NCBI GenBank assembly: GCA_030704615.1
Contig: CM060733.1
Span: 53,010,001-53,074,000, forward strand
Length of the DNA stretch: 64,000 nt
Origin: Takakia lepidozioides
Lineage: Eukaryota > Plantae > Bryophyta
Direction of reading: 5' to 3'
The position numbers and the translations under genes were made by a program. This document shows, piece after piece, positions 49,301-63,562 of this stretch. The first letter of the stretch is position 1; the number at the start of each line of letters is the position of its first letter. The notes below the pieces were generated by a model. It did not search any database. It was given only the letters and a program-made list of their open reading frames with translations, and was not told the origin of the DNA.

Positions 49301-52300
49301 ACAGGGGCTGAATAGTGACTGCTTCTTGCAGGCAATACATCCCCAAATCGAATCGCATATTGTCCAGCATCTGTCAAAAACTGTACCCCAATTTCCATAC
49401 CCATAACCAGTCATTTTCCTGGAGCAGCACTATGGGTTGTCAGTTTGAACCCACTTGCTGTCACTCAACTAGAGATCTATAAGAGTGGACAGGAGAGAAG
49501 CTTGCTAGTTCCACAATGCTTGACTTTCCTTATATGATTGCTGAGAATCCTGCAATACGTGTACTGTAACAGACTGCAAAGTGTAAACTTGGAGTGACGT
49601 GAAAGCACAGTGAGGAATTTCTGCCGAAGTTACCTCATAGCCAAACCCTCGCCAATTACGGTCAATTTCTGCCAGCGTTCCTTGGTCCTGATCCTTGAGG
49701 GTAAAAGTCCAGTGCCAGAGCCCCGGATTTTCAACTGCTGCAAACTGCTTATTGCTGCCAACCAGCATCATAACAGTAATGCAAATTACAGTGGATCTTC
49801 AACCCAACTATTCAAGTTTCCAAGCTAATTCAACTAGGCATGAGTATGCTTGCTTCATTGTCAAAAACTCCTAAGAGAGCATAACATATTTCAGCTATAA
49901 AGCATCTTTTATAGAGGGGTGTAGGTGTGTGACGGTTTGATCGGCAGAAAAGCACTGCTGCCAAACCTTTTGGCGCTCCAGCTAAGACATAAAATGCGAT
50001 CAGATCTGATTTTCCATCTCAGACGTTAAAGGTAAGTCTTTCATTCTTTACCTCACCAATGGACATCAACATAAAGTCGTCCGATGGCTGTACCACTTCT
50101 CACCTAGAAATTGGGCAAATTCTGAAGTGACAAGAGGCAGCACATTTGGAAAAAGAATGAGGATGATACCCCAAGTAAATGTCATACAGGCGTCGCCAGA
50201 GATGCCATCTCCTGTGGCATTCACCTACCACCTACAGACAGACCAGGTCACCCAAACTTGAGCCCCTTCCAAATCTGTCGCATTTGTTGTGCAGAAAGTG
50301 AACAAGTGAGTACAAATATGCCTAACATTCACCATTGACATCGAAACAGCACCTTCAACTTTAAAGCGTACAGGAGTAGGATATTAGATCCCTTACTTTG
50401 CCATCAATTTCGACATAGATCGCACTGTTTATGAACCAGATTGGTCTTCGTACCTGAAAGACCCATCTCAACAGGAGAATAAGTTATACACCTCACAACT
50501 TCCACAAAGGTACATGAGCAGAAAAGAAAGAGGGACAGAACATGCAACAAGTACCACAACACTTTCTCATTCAATGTTGACTGAAATTTTAAGGGAATGT
50601 TGATAGGCAAGGACCCCACCACAAAGGACCGCAGGGATGGCTGTCCTGTTGACTTTACACTGGGGAGGGCAGCTCGCTGCAGAATACGCTCACTGCTGAA
50701 CCCTCCCATATTCCAAGACAACTTGTATTGAGTTGAAGAGATAATGAAGGGAGAAAAGTAATACCCGACACACTTCATTGCCATTAGCATCCAACACAGA
50801 TGCCACAAATGGCCGCCTTGTTCGCAAGAACTGCAACACCCATTTTATGGCCTCAGTGATATAGACATTTTGAGTTTCATGCTATTGAGATCTTTCCTTT
50901 CATTCCGGAAAAGAATATTATCTCTTCGTTATCAAAAATGCTAGGGAAATACACTCCATCGTAGAACCCCAAACTTCTGACAGGCCCTCATGCAGACCCA
51001 ACACTTCTTCAATGAATTGGAGAAAAAGGTTAGCATAATCACATCATAACAGGTAGTCCATCACACCAGGTTAGTCCTAAGAGAATTTCCCTTAAAAGTC
51101 TTGGCAATAGCCTGATATAATACCCTAAAAGCAGAGGGCATACAAGATTCAAACAAAGATCCCTTAGCCTTTGTACAGATAGTTTTCATGTAAGACAGAG
51201 AGTGCAGAAGGCCACTACTATCACTGCTGAGAACCGAGTTTGAGAATTGCATAGTACCTACATATGCCAACACAAAGGATCTGAATTAAAACTGGAGCAC
51301 GGACCTGCCGCAGTAGGACGTTGCTGTCTTCAAGAATGTAGCCCACCGGCTGAGATCACAAAGCGTATATGTGCCAGGTCAGCTGTTGCCCAACATCCAG
51401 CACGATATAAGAGCTTACTGTGCAGAAACAGATCCCAGCAAACTGCACAAGTGTGCTGTGCACGTTGCAATCCTATTTACCCTCTCCAGCCAATGTGGAT
51501 GTCCAACGTACTGGGTTACTCCACGGATTCAAGATCACATAACTATCTCATTCCATTTCTGATCACATACTTCATTAGCCACAATATCAGGGAGCCCTAG
51601 GGTTCAACCCTCCTGTACCAGTTTGCGGGTTTTAATCCAACACTGTGTGAACCTCAACCCTAATTTGCGACAGAGTGTGCACACAGTGCTCCATAGAGAT
51701 AGAGGTAATGCTGATGGATAAACTCATGGGCAGAGTTGGGGGAGGGGAGTCCCGGATGTTACAAACCCGACCCAAAAAATGTCTTTGACACATAGCACCT
51801 AGCCCTTGAAAAGACCAGCAAGATCTTACTCACAGCATGAGGCTGGCGTGGATCCATTATGACGTATCGGTTTTGCTGCCAGGCGCAAACACAAATCACA
51901 TTAAAAGGTCAACTATTTTGTTTCCTCACTGCCCTAACAACGTTGTAATGACGTATAGAGAAGATGTACAGGTAACACCATCATCCCTGCAGTGGAAGAC
52001 TACTACCTCTAGGAGTCAAACCACGGTCACGCTGAGAAATAAGCCTGCTGTAATTGACGTACCCCAACTTTGAAGTAATTTGCTAGTTTAATTGATTAGG
52101 GGCGAACACATCCCGTGTGAGTGTCTATATCTTTACAGTGAAGACACGAGTAAATCACCCAGAAGTAGCGTTGCCACGATGCGTGTGGAAAAGCATCTGG
52201 GAAACCGAGTCACAGGAGACCCGTATCTCCAAGGACAGCTCGGGAGATACCGTAGAGTTATAGTAAGTATGAGGTGCCTTCATTGTATGTTTACTCTAGC

Positions 52301-53809
52301 TTTGTGTCTTGCCACAAACACATGAATAGACAGAAAGGTGACAGCCCCAAGAGATCTGTGTCTGGAGGCTTGCCAGAGTAAAACATGTCAGGTATCAATT
52401 GCATGTAGCAAACTAAAGCACTGGTTGACTTGGTGTATTCACCTGCTCGAAGCCAATCGCAAGATTGGCCCACTCTACATTACGAGTAATCAGCAAATCT
52501 GGCCTTGCCAATACTGGTGCAACTTTCTCCTGCCAACCAAAGTTCACAACAATCTCAGGCTCCTGTTTCTCAAAATGAAAAGAAGGGATTCTTGAATCTA
52601 CATCAGTGAGGCATCACTGTAGGTCTTTCCACAAGAGCCAAAAAGTTTTCAGCGAGACTGTCCTAATTTTAAAACTGACAATCCAGACAGCAGTCTCTGC
52701 AGGTCCTTCTCCTCTGCCATCATCATCCACATACAACGTAAACATAAACATAAAATTCTAATTGTGTCTTTTAGCTGCGAGTGCACCTCTTCTGGAGAGG
52801 TTGGCAACAACGATCCTTTGAGAGGTTGGCTCAGGGGTGGCTGGCCCTGTGAAGGGTCCCTGTCTTCATTATTTGAGTACAAGGACGGCTGAACTTGGTG
52901 TGTTGAACTACTAGCTAGCTCAGAGCGTCCTAACAATCGTTTCTGTCTGGCTTGGCGTCGCTTCTTGTCAGCCAACCAGCGCTGAACTAGCCACTGGCTG
53001 CTTGGTGATTGCTGATGGCGAATTCCCCCTACCGCAACTGCCAGCTGCAGAGTCCTCCACCCTCTTTTTCGCGAAGAAGGACTGATGTAAGGCTGGACAG
53101 AACCATAATTTGCCAAACTACATATTGATGACAAAAGGCGGCAGTCTCTCCATCTACTGGGAAGAGATGGTGCACTGCCAACACTTTTGCAACCATAGCC
53201 AGTTACCCCTGTGAAAGTAAGCAGCCCTCTTATGCCCCGTGATATGCCGTGTACTTCTTGCTGTGTCTCGTGCCCAAACCCAAATGCACCTAAACCAGTT
53301 GTATGAAACCCTATATCACTTGCGTAACAAGCCCTTGAGCCAGTTCCACTCGCCGGTTGCAGTGACCTGCCATAGCCCCATTGTGTCTGTTCCCACGCCC
53401 CACCACACCCTCTCAATTCTCAATTTGAAGTTGATGGTGGATCATGTACCAAACAGTTCTGACTACGAGGACTCCCACCCACACTCCATTACTATCAACC
53501 TGGATTCCCTGTTTGATTCCTACACGCAGACTTGTCCTTAATATTTATTGAAAACGAATCATCGGAATTCAAATCTTGAACTGCTAAAGCTATACAAAAC
53601 GCACAAACAAACACAGCAGATACAGCTCTTGAAAAGGAAGCTAAACAAGCCCATTCCCGATCTCTAGAAAACATTCAAACTGAAAGAAGAAGCGCTAGCA
53701 ATCCACGAGCGAGAAACACCGGGCCCCAAAATGCTGCAAATACAAGTATAGACATAAGTACCGCAATGGAGGCACGCAGACGAAGACGTGAGCGCATCGC
53801 GGCTGCCAT
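46388..53809 (-). CDS. Phospholipid scramblase family / AIM25-like protein, ~13 exons
   Basis: Exons read LARPDLLITRNVEWANL..GFEQ (52443-52529), NRYVIMD, VGYILE, RRPF, RRPIWFINS, HRRWHLWRRLYD, QFAAVENPG..IDRNWRGFG, FLTDAGQYAIRF, ERAVVLALAVSLDNDYFSRHS, and an acidic last exon to 46388. Putative first exon 53762-53809; 5' structure uncertain. Confidence 0.88.
47216..48732 (-). mobile_element. Tandemly rearranged 3' ends of a non-LTR retrotransposon ORF2 (C-terminal CxxC..H....C finger) in scramblase intron
   Basis: LKFKLWAGSLP..CPLCGQPEDNIHYLIHC..GFLEDIWKTR..GVKGNKAMANN in two tandem copies plus fragments. Confidence 0.75.
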
Positions 53810-53904
53810 TACATTGCAAAACCTTTCAGTGCTCCTCAAAACAACCGGCCCGATCGCCAGCAACTACACAACAACACCACCGAGACAGGAAACCACGGAT
53901 GGCC

Positions 53905-54080
53905 TTTCCTTCCTCTTCATATACCATAACGTATATTCCTTAGACAATATAAAGTATATTCCTTCCATTTTCCATCCTCCTCATATACCATAACGTATAT
54001 TCCTTCGACAATATAACGTATATTTTTTCCCTTTCCCTCCCTTTCCTTCCTCTTCATATACCATATACCATAACGTATCC
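53905..54080. repeat. Degenerate tandem repeat (CCTCTTCATATACCATAACGTATATTCC core x3) upstream of scramblase gene
   Basis: Core recurs at ~53912, ~53979 and ~54049. Confidence 0.75.
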
Positions 54081-56261
54081 CAGGTATTGCCCAGGCGTAA
54101 CCTACTCTTCCCCTTCCTTCCGGTACTGCCCTTCCTGTCAGGGGTGGGTTGTATTAAAGTGGAAGTAGATGTATGCAGGAGGAAGGTATTAACATGCTAT
54201 GACTCAATTTGAACAACAACCAATGAGCTGTTGTAGATAGCATGACACTGTTCTGAGCTGCAACAACAAGCAATATCAGTTGTAGGCAGAAAACAAGAGG
54301 GGTTGTTGCTCTAATGTGTTGTGTGGGGACGCGAACCTCCCATCATATAGACTTTGGAGATACTGAAGCTGTTGACAAATTCGCAAGTTTTTTATTCTCT
54401 GTCCGGGTGTCAGTTACAAGATTTAGTGATATAACTAAATTATGCTTTCAGGTAAAATTGTTCCAGAATAGGAATCTTGGAGCTGCAGGAGCCGTTGCAG
54501 GAGGCACCTAAAGGTGAGCCACAGAGTGTTTTTCAACTTGTTATCAAAACAATACTTGCTTTGTCAGCTTGTTGGTGCACAAGTTTAATTTCATGCAGCA
54601 ACCCAGAGTTTCATGATCGGCATAACATGTCAGGCACCCAAGAGGTGGGCTTGTCAGCCTGCAAAGGAACATTGTGTGCATTAGTTCACAGCACTGAATC
54701 ATCAGATTGGAGGACCGCCGGGTGGGGATATCATAAACAGATCTCGCCTTGCAGCTTCAAGCATATGTAGCTGGGGACAACCACTTGATGGCAATAGTAC
54801 CAAAAGTTCATTTAATTGTGGGACATTTACAAATCTACCGATAGTAGCATGCATACATGACCAGCAGTTGGGTCTAATTCACACTTGACAAAATTGTTGG
54901 GCTACGCACATTTGCTCCTTTCAAAACAACTTCCAAAAGTACCCATTGTGCTGCAAGCACACTTTCAAACTTGAAATAATGCGCTGGCACCTTTGCCCCT
55001 CATGGAATATATCATGAATTGATCGTGCATCAAAGTTTTGATACATCCCTTCATCAATATCTAGTGCCAGTTCTCAATGCATCTTTCACACCACTTGATA
55101 TTGGGACAAATGGGTGAATCACATTCCTTTCAAGAACACTAACTTCAACATCCACATATACCTGTGCAACGATTAAAGGCCAGGTGTCTACACTGCAAGT
55201 AAAATAAAAACAGCAAAAAAGTCAAGCAGGAAATGCAGGTGACACAATTGGCACATCCAACACCCTCAATAGCTTGGGTCCTGAACTGTTTTCAGTTATA
55301 TTCAGTCCTTTACGTATCCCTTTCCCCTCTTATACTTCAAAAGGAACTGAGGCGCTCAAGACTCGAGTCAGAAAGTAAGCAGAGGAGTCCCCTGTCAAAC
55401 ACATCCAAAGAAAACATTACTGTTGCATATGCAACAGTAATGTAAGGATCGCTTCACCCACATGCCCATTGAAGACTGCCAAAACCAAGAAGATATGTAG
55501 GCATACTACTGAAATGTTCTCTGAGAGGAATCACAGAAATGACCTTTCGAGCTCACTTGCAGTCATCTCAGATGCCACGTCCCTTGTCCACAATGGAAAG
55601 GGGAGACAAACTTGGCTAAGAAAGCAGGCAAGGCAATCCACCAGTGAAGATTCCTTCCTCTTTCATGCCATTGATATCAGGGAGTGGCAGGAAAACTGGG
55701 TACAATTTATAATCCTAACAAACACGTACTGAACAAGGCTCAAACGCAACTTTGGAAAGAACTCTGGCCATTGAATGTCTGTCTGCATGAAGAGCAGTCA
55801 TAAAATACTCCGTTTGACATTTTCCACACCACATCATTGAAATTTAGTCATCACAAATAGTCTAACAGCTTTGCAACCAGCTAGCCAGTGAGTTGAAGTC
55901 ACAAATTGATATTTGACATTCAGGAGATTGGCATGAGAACATAGAGCCTATTTTCAACATGTTAGCAAGCAATTCAAAGTCCATACAATGACGTCACAAT
56001 CATCATTAGCCTGAATTGGATTTGAATAAGCCTACAACTAAATATACAACTGGTGCACATATGCAAGGCCAGTAAACCTACATAAAACTCCCTACCTTCA
56101 TGCATTAGGGGAGGCAAGCAAAGAACACACACCGCAACCCTGCTTTTTCATACAACTCTAACAGCCTGCTCTATGCCACAGGAAAATCCAGACATGGACA
56201 TTTCAAGTGCATGGACCCAGGTTGAGGTTATACCCACACTACTACTCGAGGTTTCTGGATG

Positions 56262-57410
56262 TCATAGTGCACACTCCAACGACTTGCGCACGCATTGCCG
56301 CACCCTCCTGTCCATGCAGTCAGACAAGTCAATTGATACCCCACCTCATAGGCATACTCAGGCCAACTTCAGTTTACATCCATCCCAACCTTCAATTATG
56401 AGTACCAGACAAAAGCTCACACGACCTCACCTGTTGTATGCTTGGATGTCACTCTGACACAACTGTGCAGCCTCAGGGTTGGCTGGACTTGCGGGATTCG
56501 GATCAGTCAACAGAGACTGATAGCACAGCATCACATACAAACAAGGTGTCAGACTACCACATGACTGGAATCTACTACAAATCTATGCTGAGTCGGAGCT
56601 CATACTCTATAGCACCCAACGAGGACTGGTACACCCACTGCGGCAAATGCGTGCGAGACAGCATAACTCACCTGAATCGAGGTCAAAATCGTCGACACGT
56701 TTTGGCAAGGGGACCAGTTATCCTGAAGGACGTCCATGCACAGCGTCCCATCACTGTAAACTGATTGTTGCCACAAATTCCACATCTCCAACGTAAGGTT
56801 TTTGCACTCTTGCCATCTGTTTCATGATTGCTTCGGAAGGAAAGTTTGAAATCTTACCATTTGGATGGAAAACATCAGAGGTGAACCGCACGCGAGGTGG
56901 CTTTTCTGGATAGTGCTCCCCAAAAATCAGACGTAGACAGAATATACCACCTGTTGACAACGAAGTAGCATTAGCCTCTGCAAATTTCCTCAAACAACCG
57001 CCAGCGTACAAGCAAACAAAGATTTCACAACACAACCTTCTTCTCGTCACAGGAACACTTCACAAAACAGTACCTTCCCAAGGAGTTTCGTCCGGACCAA
57101 AGATAGTTGCTCCCCAGACAAAAAGATTCTCCTCACCATGAGGACTTGCGCTGCAACCCTGAGGCACCAGTCAGTATCAGTCCACCGGTATCATCAGGTC
57201 TCCACTCACAACCCGCCAGCACCCTATATCCACGGTGCTTACTCACACCATCCAGACACCAGCATCTGCAGCAAACCCAGACACACAAAACCACATGGAT
57301 CACACGAGACTGCCCAAACGATCAATCAATCACAGGTTCCAAACCTCAGGGGGCTCCTGTCGAATGGCCTTTAAATCTGACATAAGACGGAGCTGTGCCG
57401 ACGACATCAT
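56262..57410 (-). CDS. Ubiquitin-conjugating enzyme E2, RAD6/UBC2-like, 6 exons
   Basis: Exons 57345-57410, 57074-57158, 56858-56950, 56672-56760, 56431-56516 and 56262-56307. RLMSDLK, FGPDETPWEGG, YPEKPP, HPNVYSDGTLC (catalytic Cys), DPNPASPANPEAA. Confidence 0.93.
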
Positions 57411-59027
57411 AATTTCCCTTCTATCTAGATTCCTGCTTCCACAGACAGCTAAGAATTGCAGCTTCTCTTACACAGATGGATTCTCCCCCTGCAAAATTCC
57501 AAGTCCAATCCTCCTCTGCCGTCCTGCAGGCTGTTACTTAAATGCCGGACACTCAAGGAACCTGCCCTGCCCTGTTTGTCATGCACTCTTCCCATGCCCA
57601 TCCATGCCCATCACATCACACCCTCTTCATGCCCATCCAAACCATTCCTTCCTTCATTCATTCCTACAGCGATGCGCAGATTCCCGAGTCTTTAGAGGGA
57701 CCCATGTGTCTCAAGTTTGTCTTGTGCGACTTTCCAGCCTTTTTCTTCTCTCCTGTGGGTGAACTGGTAACTTCTGCAGCAGGGGATGGATCAGTGTCAC
57801 TCGCCCTGTGCATCTTATTAGTAGCATGCAATTGGCGTGCGATTAGCGATTGCTCCCCTCCTTTTGATGGAGCGGTAAAGACTAAAGACCATCTCAAGTT
57901 GTTATGTTTCTTTGTACTGTTCAGGCTACCTTCACAGTCACAGTCAAGTAGTAGGTGAATAAGTCTATGGCTGTGGAGGGGAGTGGCACAGGTGGGGCAT
58001 ACCCTGTCTGGTGATGAGTGTGGCAAACCAACCTCCTGTAATGAATTCACCATTTTCAGTAGGGTATTAGTGCATGCGGTCCGCCTTTAGAGACTAGTGC
58101 ATGCGTGGGACATCCATCATTCTAGATTCGTCCACCAGATTGCACGGCACTTGCTCCTAGCCTACATGATACAAGACTAAGTCCAACCCAAAACATGAGA
58201 TGGAGAGGTACAACGCCGACCAAGGATGTTGAACATTCTATTCCCCGAGCCCGGGATTGAACTAGCATTTGCCAGCGAAAACTTACACTGATGCGCGTTT
58301 CAAGATTTGTACTAGCTGCTGTTGTGAACTACTCACCGCCCACCACATCTCTTGGCCGAGACCAGTCGCAGGGGGGGAACTCTGCAGGAGCGAATCTTTT
58401 GTACTTTTTCTGACTTATGGAGGATTGAAGAGGCAATACATCATCTCTCATATTTAGGTGAGATCTCATATTTATTTTAGTGGTCTCAAGATTTGTTTCT
58501 TAGTTGTTAGATTCGAGACCAGGTTTAGCTGTAGCTTGAAGGTGTTCTGCATATAGCTGCAGATGGAGCTATTTGATGACTGCTCTGGCAGGTAGCCTGG
58601 CGCAGTACAGTCATCAGGTGTCTTGGTCCCGCTCCCTTCGTTGTTTCATCGTTTCTCTTTTCCTTCCATCTGTGTGGTAACTTGGGAACTACCTGCGACG
58701 ACGGAGACGCTGTTTCCTCACCTTGGGGGAAAGTGCTCATTGGAAAAGTTATTCTGTATTGAAAGAGGACGCTTCTCAGCATCCCACAGCATACCGAGTG
58801 GGGATTTTGAAGGAGAGCAATTTGGGTTTCCCACATCCAGAATTCCTTATGTAGAAACACAGCTAACAGTGACTCAAGTGGAAAACCCATTAGAGCAGTA
58901 TAGACAGACCCCAAGTGAGTTGCTAGCCATGTTCATGACCTCCTCTTGCTATGCAGTCAACAAGCTCGAAGTAAATATAGAACAGGCTCCTACTGACAAA
59001 AACTTCGTGGCCAATGCAGGGGGGAAG

Positions 59028-61455
59028 GTGACCTCCCGAACAGCTTTTCCCTCCAAGTCTAGAATCTCACTGTGACCTCGAGCCGGCGCTCCAGTGGAGA
59101 TGAGGCCCACCCGGAGTCTTGTGGGGGGTGTTTCAATTGCTGCAAAATTGTATCAGCACCCAGAAAGCCCCCTTCTGCTCGTCGCCGCTTTCCCACTGTC
59201 CATGCCAATCCTGCCTCAATTGGAGTGATGTGTTGTTCCAATTCGTTGCCATAGAGGCACAAACCTGCCTCCAGGCGAAGACTGTCTCGAGCACCCAAAC
59301 CTGTCAGATGAATTTTCCCCTCGCTCTTATCCAGGATGGTTTTTGCCAAAGCACCTTCATTTGGCACTGAGATCTCAAAACCGTCCTCACCGGTGTACCT
59401 GTATTTGTCATGACACCCATTCACACAGTCGTTGAGTTCTTACTTTTCTTCAAGACTCCACATGGTCTTCTTTTCTACAACTGTGAAAAACTTAAGTCCC
59501 GTGCCTGCAAGAAAAATCTCAGGTAATTTCTAATCAAAATGCACCTGCAGACACACAAATAGGTTCTATCTTCAAATTGCAAAGGGACCAACTCTGGCCA
59601 AATGACCACTGAGTTCAAAGGATAAGGATGAAGCATGAGTTCAGCACAACATGCACTACACAGAAATATGTGTGCATATATACAAATTTCATTGTAACTA
59701 TGCAGAGTTGCGTCTGTTATTTCAACACTGAATTGTTTTCCTGGGGAATCCTTACCCTGAGAGAGAGAAGGTTTTGTTTGATAGATTACTTCACGCATTG
59801 TCTCTCTGTACTCCCCAGGGGAATACAGGACTGGACCAACTTGATGGCACACTACAGACGACTGCTGCATGATGCTCGGCAACGCCGTGCTTGAAAGAGA
59901 CACCAATATAGGCCAAGAAAGAAGCTTTCCAGGACCAATCGGACAAACTTAAGAGAGACACCCAGCCTTGCACTGTAGAGATCTACATCCCATACCTCTG
60001 TCACTCCACAAAGATGTGCAAAGAGAAGAAGCCAAGCCAAAAGGCCAGGTGTGTCATATTGCTTGGGTGTCGTTCATCAATTGAGTAGTAGCCAGCAAAG
60101 TAATAGTTTACACATGGATGCAATAAAATTGATAGTATCTGCTAGAAGGATTCCAGAACAGAATGTACCATTATCAGAACAAACACCCATGAAAAGAGAA
60201 TGTGCTGTATAACCAGTACTCTCTTCGAAGTGCGCACACAGAACCTCATATTTTCCAGGCAAAAGGCAAGGCAGAGGATCTGAGCCAGAATGTACCCAGT
60301 GCGGGTTAGAAAACATTCGGAGCCATTGATATCCAGAATTTTGAAGTCACTGAAGGAAAGCTTGGTCAGATCATCAGATGTAAGCTTCTGCAGCACCTCC
60401 ACTGCCAGGGGCCCCTGCAGAGCGAGCAATGACTGTTCATCATGCACGTGCCACCCTACAGCCTTACCCCCATCCTGGACGGGCTTCAAATGCTTTGCAA
60501 GGTGCGCCAAATCCTTGTCCCGACAGCCAGCATTCACCACCAGGTAGAGATGCTCATCCGTCACCTGCAGTTTGTTTCATGGGGTATACATCAGGGTGGT
60601 CTTCCATGGTACCAAACCAACCCCCAGGACTTAAATTGATAGAACGGACTTCATACATAAGAAATACTTGTCAGGACACACTCTGAAGCCTCAACAACCA
60701 GGAAATCAGTCTCCTTTGTCTCTGTACATTCCAGCTGAAAGCAAACCCACCAGAACCTTAATAAGAACTACCAAGTTCTATCTGCGGCTTGAGCTCATCA
60801 ACTAGGTAGACTTGCCAAAGTCACATCAGAACTCGAAAAAAGAGATGTCCACGAATTTGACCTACACTGCTTTTTCGTGGTAGACCTAGCAAAGTTCAAG
60901 TTCCAATGCCGCTCTTCCAGTCACTTATGTCCTACAGGCTTCACATTGTCGTAGAAAATAACATTGCAGAAAATGGGATCATCTCAAATCGCAATCAACC
61001 AACGATAAGCTTCCTGAAACAAGAAAGTAGAAAGATACCTTGGTAACGATGGCGTCATCAATTACACCCCCCTTCTCGTTTGTGAGCACCGATAGAGTTC
61101 ATGTTCCAGGCGTTAGGCCCACAATGTCAGCCACCACCAACGTTTCCAAGAAGGGAATGGCGTCAGGGCCCCGCAAGCTCAACCCGCACATATGGAACAC
61201 ACCGAAAAGACTGCCGTTGGCGCGGCAATTCAAAGTCGAGTCCATAATGCTGTCCTTGTACTGGATGGGCATGCTCCACCCTGCAAAGGGCACCATCTTA
61301 CCCCCATTTTCCACATGAAGATCATACAGGACAGTCTTTTTCAGGCTGCTCTCCTCGGCATAAGATCGGCGTGCAGTCTGGCCAAACGCATTGCTGTCCT
61401 GCTGTGCCACGCTACGCCGCAGGGCGGCACCCAGCTGCCAACCTGCCCGCCTCAT
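59028..61455 (-). pseudogene. Mitochondrial aminomethyltransferase (glycine cleavage T protein), disrupted
   Basis: [64 protein letters not shown]. In-frame TGA at 61099-61101, FDVSHM changed to FGVFHM, frameshift at ~59125, C-terminus after EVT missing. Confidence 0.9.
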
Positions 61456-61496
61456 GGCTGCCAGCTGATGCCGGTGTGAGGCCCATGCAATCCAAC

Positions 61497-61585
61497 CCAC
61501 TTCTCAATCTCTCAAACCCAAACCGCACACCACTTCTCAATCTTTCAAAACTAGTGCAACCCACTTCCCAATCTCTCAAACCCAA
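61497..61585. repeat. Three ~31-33 bp direct repeats (CCACTTC.CAATCT.TCAAA) upstream of the T-protein ATG
   Basis: Copies at ~61497, 61530 and 61561. Confidence 0.8.
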
Positions 61586-62667
61586 TGCGGTGTCTGCTCC
61601 GTGCTCCAGAATCCGTCTACCATCCTCTTCCGTGTCTAATTCACGCAATGACCAGGAGCAACCTAGTCCGCAGCAGAAAAAGAGCAGGAGCAGAGTCCGT
61701 TGCAGGGTGAGGATACTAACTTAACCGGCATGGCTCGCGGATAAAGGGCACCAGCTTTATCCAGGCTCTTGTATGGCGTTGATTTTGAGCCTTTGAATGC
61801 TCCCTCTCCCCCTCCCTCTCCCCCTCCCTCTCCTTCCTCCAACACCAATCACAAAAAGCTTATGCAGCAAACTTTATTTGAAGCCACATTGGTGTATGTT
61901 GGATGTCGCCCACTATGGCAAACCCAACTACAGAAGTGGGTACCTTGGGACATCGAGTCCTTGGAGGAGGGCTGGACAACAGCATTGCTCAGGTTACAAG
62001 CTAGAAAAATGTCCACCTTCCAAATTTACAGCAATTGCCCTGAGGGGGTGAAGTGACATGCTTGCTTCAGCAAGAGTTTGCCTCTCCTCTCTTGGCCAAG
62101 TGCTTCGGCTTTTCGTATGCATTCAGCTTTCTGGACATTCTCTCAAGACAAAAACAAGATCAGGCAAGATTTACTAGGATTTAGACACGTACATCCAAAG
62201 AGGGATGAGGGAGGTTGAGTTTTCTCTCCATCTGTAGATAATAGGAAATTGGAGCCAAAATGGTATTGGTAGGTCAATGCAAAATGTTGGAATTTGTTTT
62301 CCGTCAGACCTTTGAAAACAACAAGCCATAAGATTCAATGGTCTGCTTAATGAGTAATTGAAACCTGTTTCGTCCTGTAATGCTGCATTTGGTCAATATA
62401 TTCTGTTGTGAGTCATCCCTTCGCCTTTGCTGCTCAAGGTACTTCAAAGGTAGAAGATGCACCAGTCTGAGAATTACACAGAAATCTATAAGATGGCTTG
62501 TCTCTCACCAGATATTTTCTTAAGCTTCCTAAGACCTCACCTACCACATTTACACAACTCAGCGGGTATAATATGGAGTTGCTTCACACGAGGGACCTTT
62601 CAGACCTCTTCATTTGTAGGTGTTATCCCAAATTGTGCAGCTTCGTCTTATGCAGACTTGCATGTTT

Positions 62668-63562
62668 CTAAGGAATTGAAGTTTGTGAGACACCAGTTCT
62701 CAGAGTGCTGCCGTTGAGCAACAATAAATACTCAGATATAGCCTCCCCTTCCTTGTCCACCTCGATGTCATACTCTGCGAGAGGATCCCCTGTCAGATTC
62801 TGGGCGATCTCCACCTCCATCTCCTCATCACGATCATCAAGGTCATTTAACGTAGGACTTTCAGGCGCGGAGTCGTCTGTGCCCTGCTCTGCCGCTGAGG
62901 CATTGCTGGGAGCAGTTGGGTCAGAAGTGCTAGCTAACTGGTTCTGCAGCAGCTTCTCGATTGCCTCCGTGGGGTCCAGAGTCCCTTGCAGTGCCTTCAA
63001 CACTGATACAACAGTGTTAGTAATGTTTGAATCGGTTTAAGTCTTTCGAGTATGGACATGGACTCATCATCCTTACTTTCCAGTAGCTTTGTGCCCATTC
63101 ACAACGACCCCCCAGCCTGCGCTCGAGAAGGAGAAGGGGGACAGGTGGGCAATCAGAATGGGACTACGTTCCAGAAGGTTTGCTCCTAGGGCATTACCAG
63201 AGCAACATTAAAAGTAACATGAGAACCTAAAGCCAGAGGCAAGTGTTCACAAAACATTTTTGGTTGCCCAAGGCTGGGTGATCCATAATGCCCACCCAAT
63301 GACTAAACTCCACTGTGCCTGCTGCGCAGCACTGTTGGCTTTTGAAGATTTCAATTATCTTCATGTGAACTCTTAGACTCAAGTCACCGAAGCAGAAAGC
63401 CAGCCTCTAGTCACAAGGGCAGCGCTGGCCCTTCAATACGAGGACCAACTGTCTGGATGTAAGGGCACATGTACCTCTCTTTCTGTCAAATCCCATTGAC
63501 ATGAGCTCTGCCAGTGCTGTCTCATCTACAGGCCCATATCGTCGCTGCCCCCCCAACAATGT
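62668..63562 (-). CDS. Last two exons of NUB1-like UBA-domain protein (gene continues beyond window)
   Basis: Exon 63475-63562 (VDETALAELMSMGFDRKR) splices in phase 1 to 62668-63002 (VLKALQ..AIEKLL), completing a UBA fold. C-terminal DPLAEYDIEVDKEGEAISEYL resembles the NUB1 tail. Confidence 0.75.

Noticed and set aside
52787-53416. 255-aa ORF as a separate gene
   Set aside because: No ATG; its 3' part is a scramblase exon and the 5' part is probably intron.
57235-58053. ORFs of 129-175 aa overlapping the UBC promoter
   Set aside because: No recognisable motifs; antisense to or overlapping the UBC 5' region.
58240-58300. tRNA-like B-box GTTCAATCCCGGGCTCGGGGA on minus strand
   Set aside because: No A-box or cloverleaf recognisable; at most a SINE or tRNA scrap.
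63005-63117. Apparent frameshifted exon suggesting the NUB1-like gene is a pseudogene
   Set aside because: A CTAAC..CAG acceptor at 63003 gives a clean phase-1 splice, so this stretch is intron.
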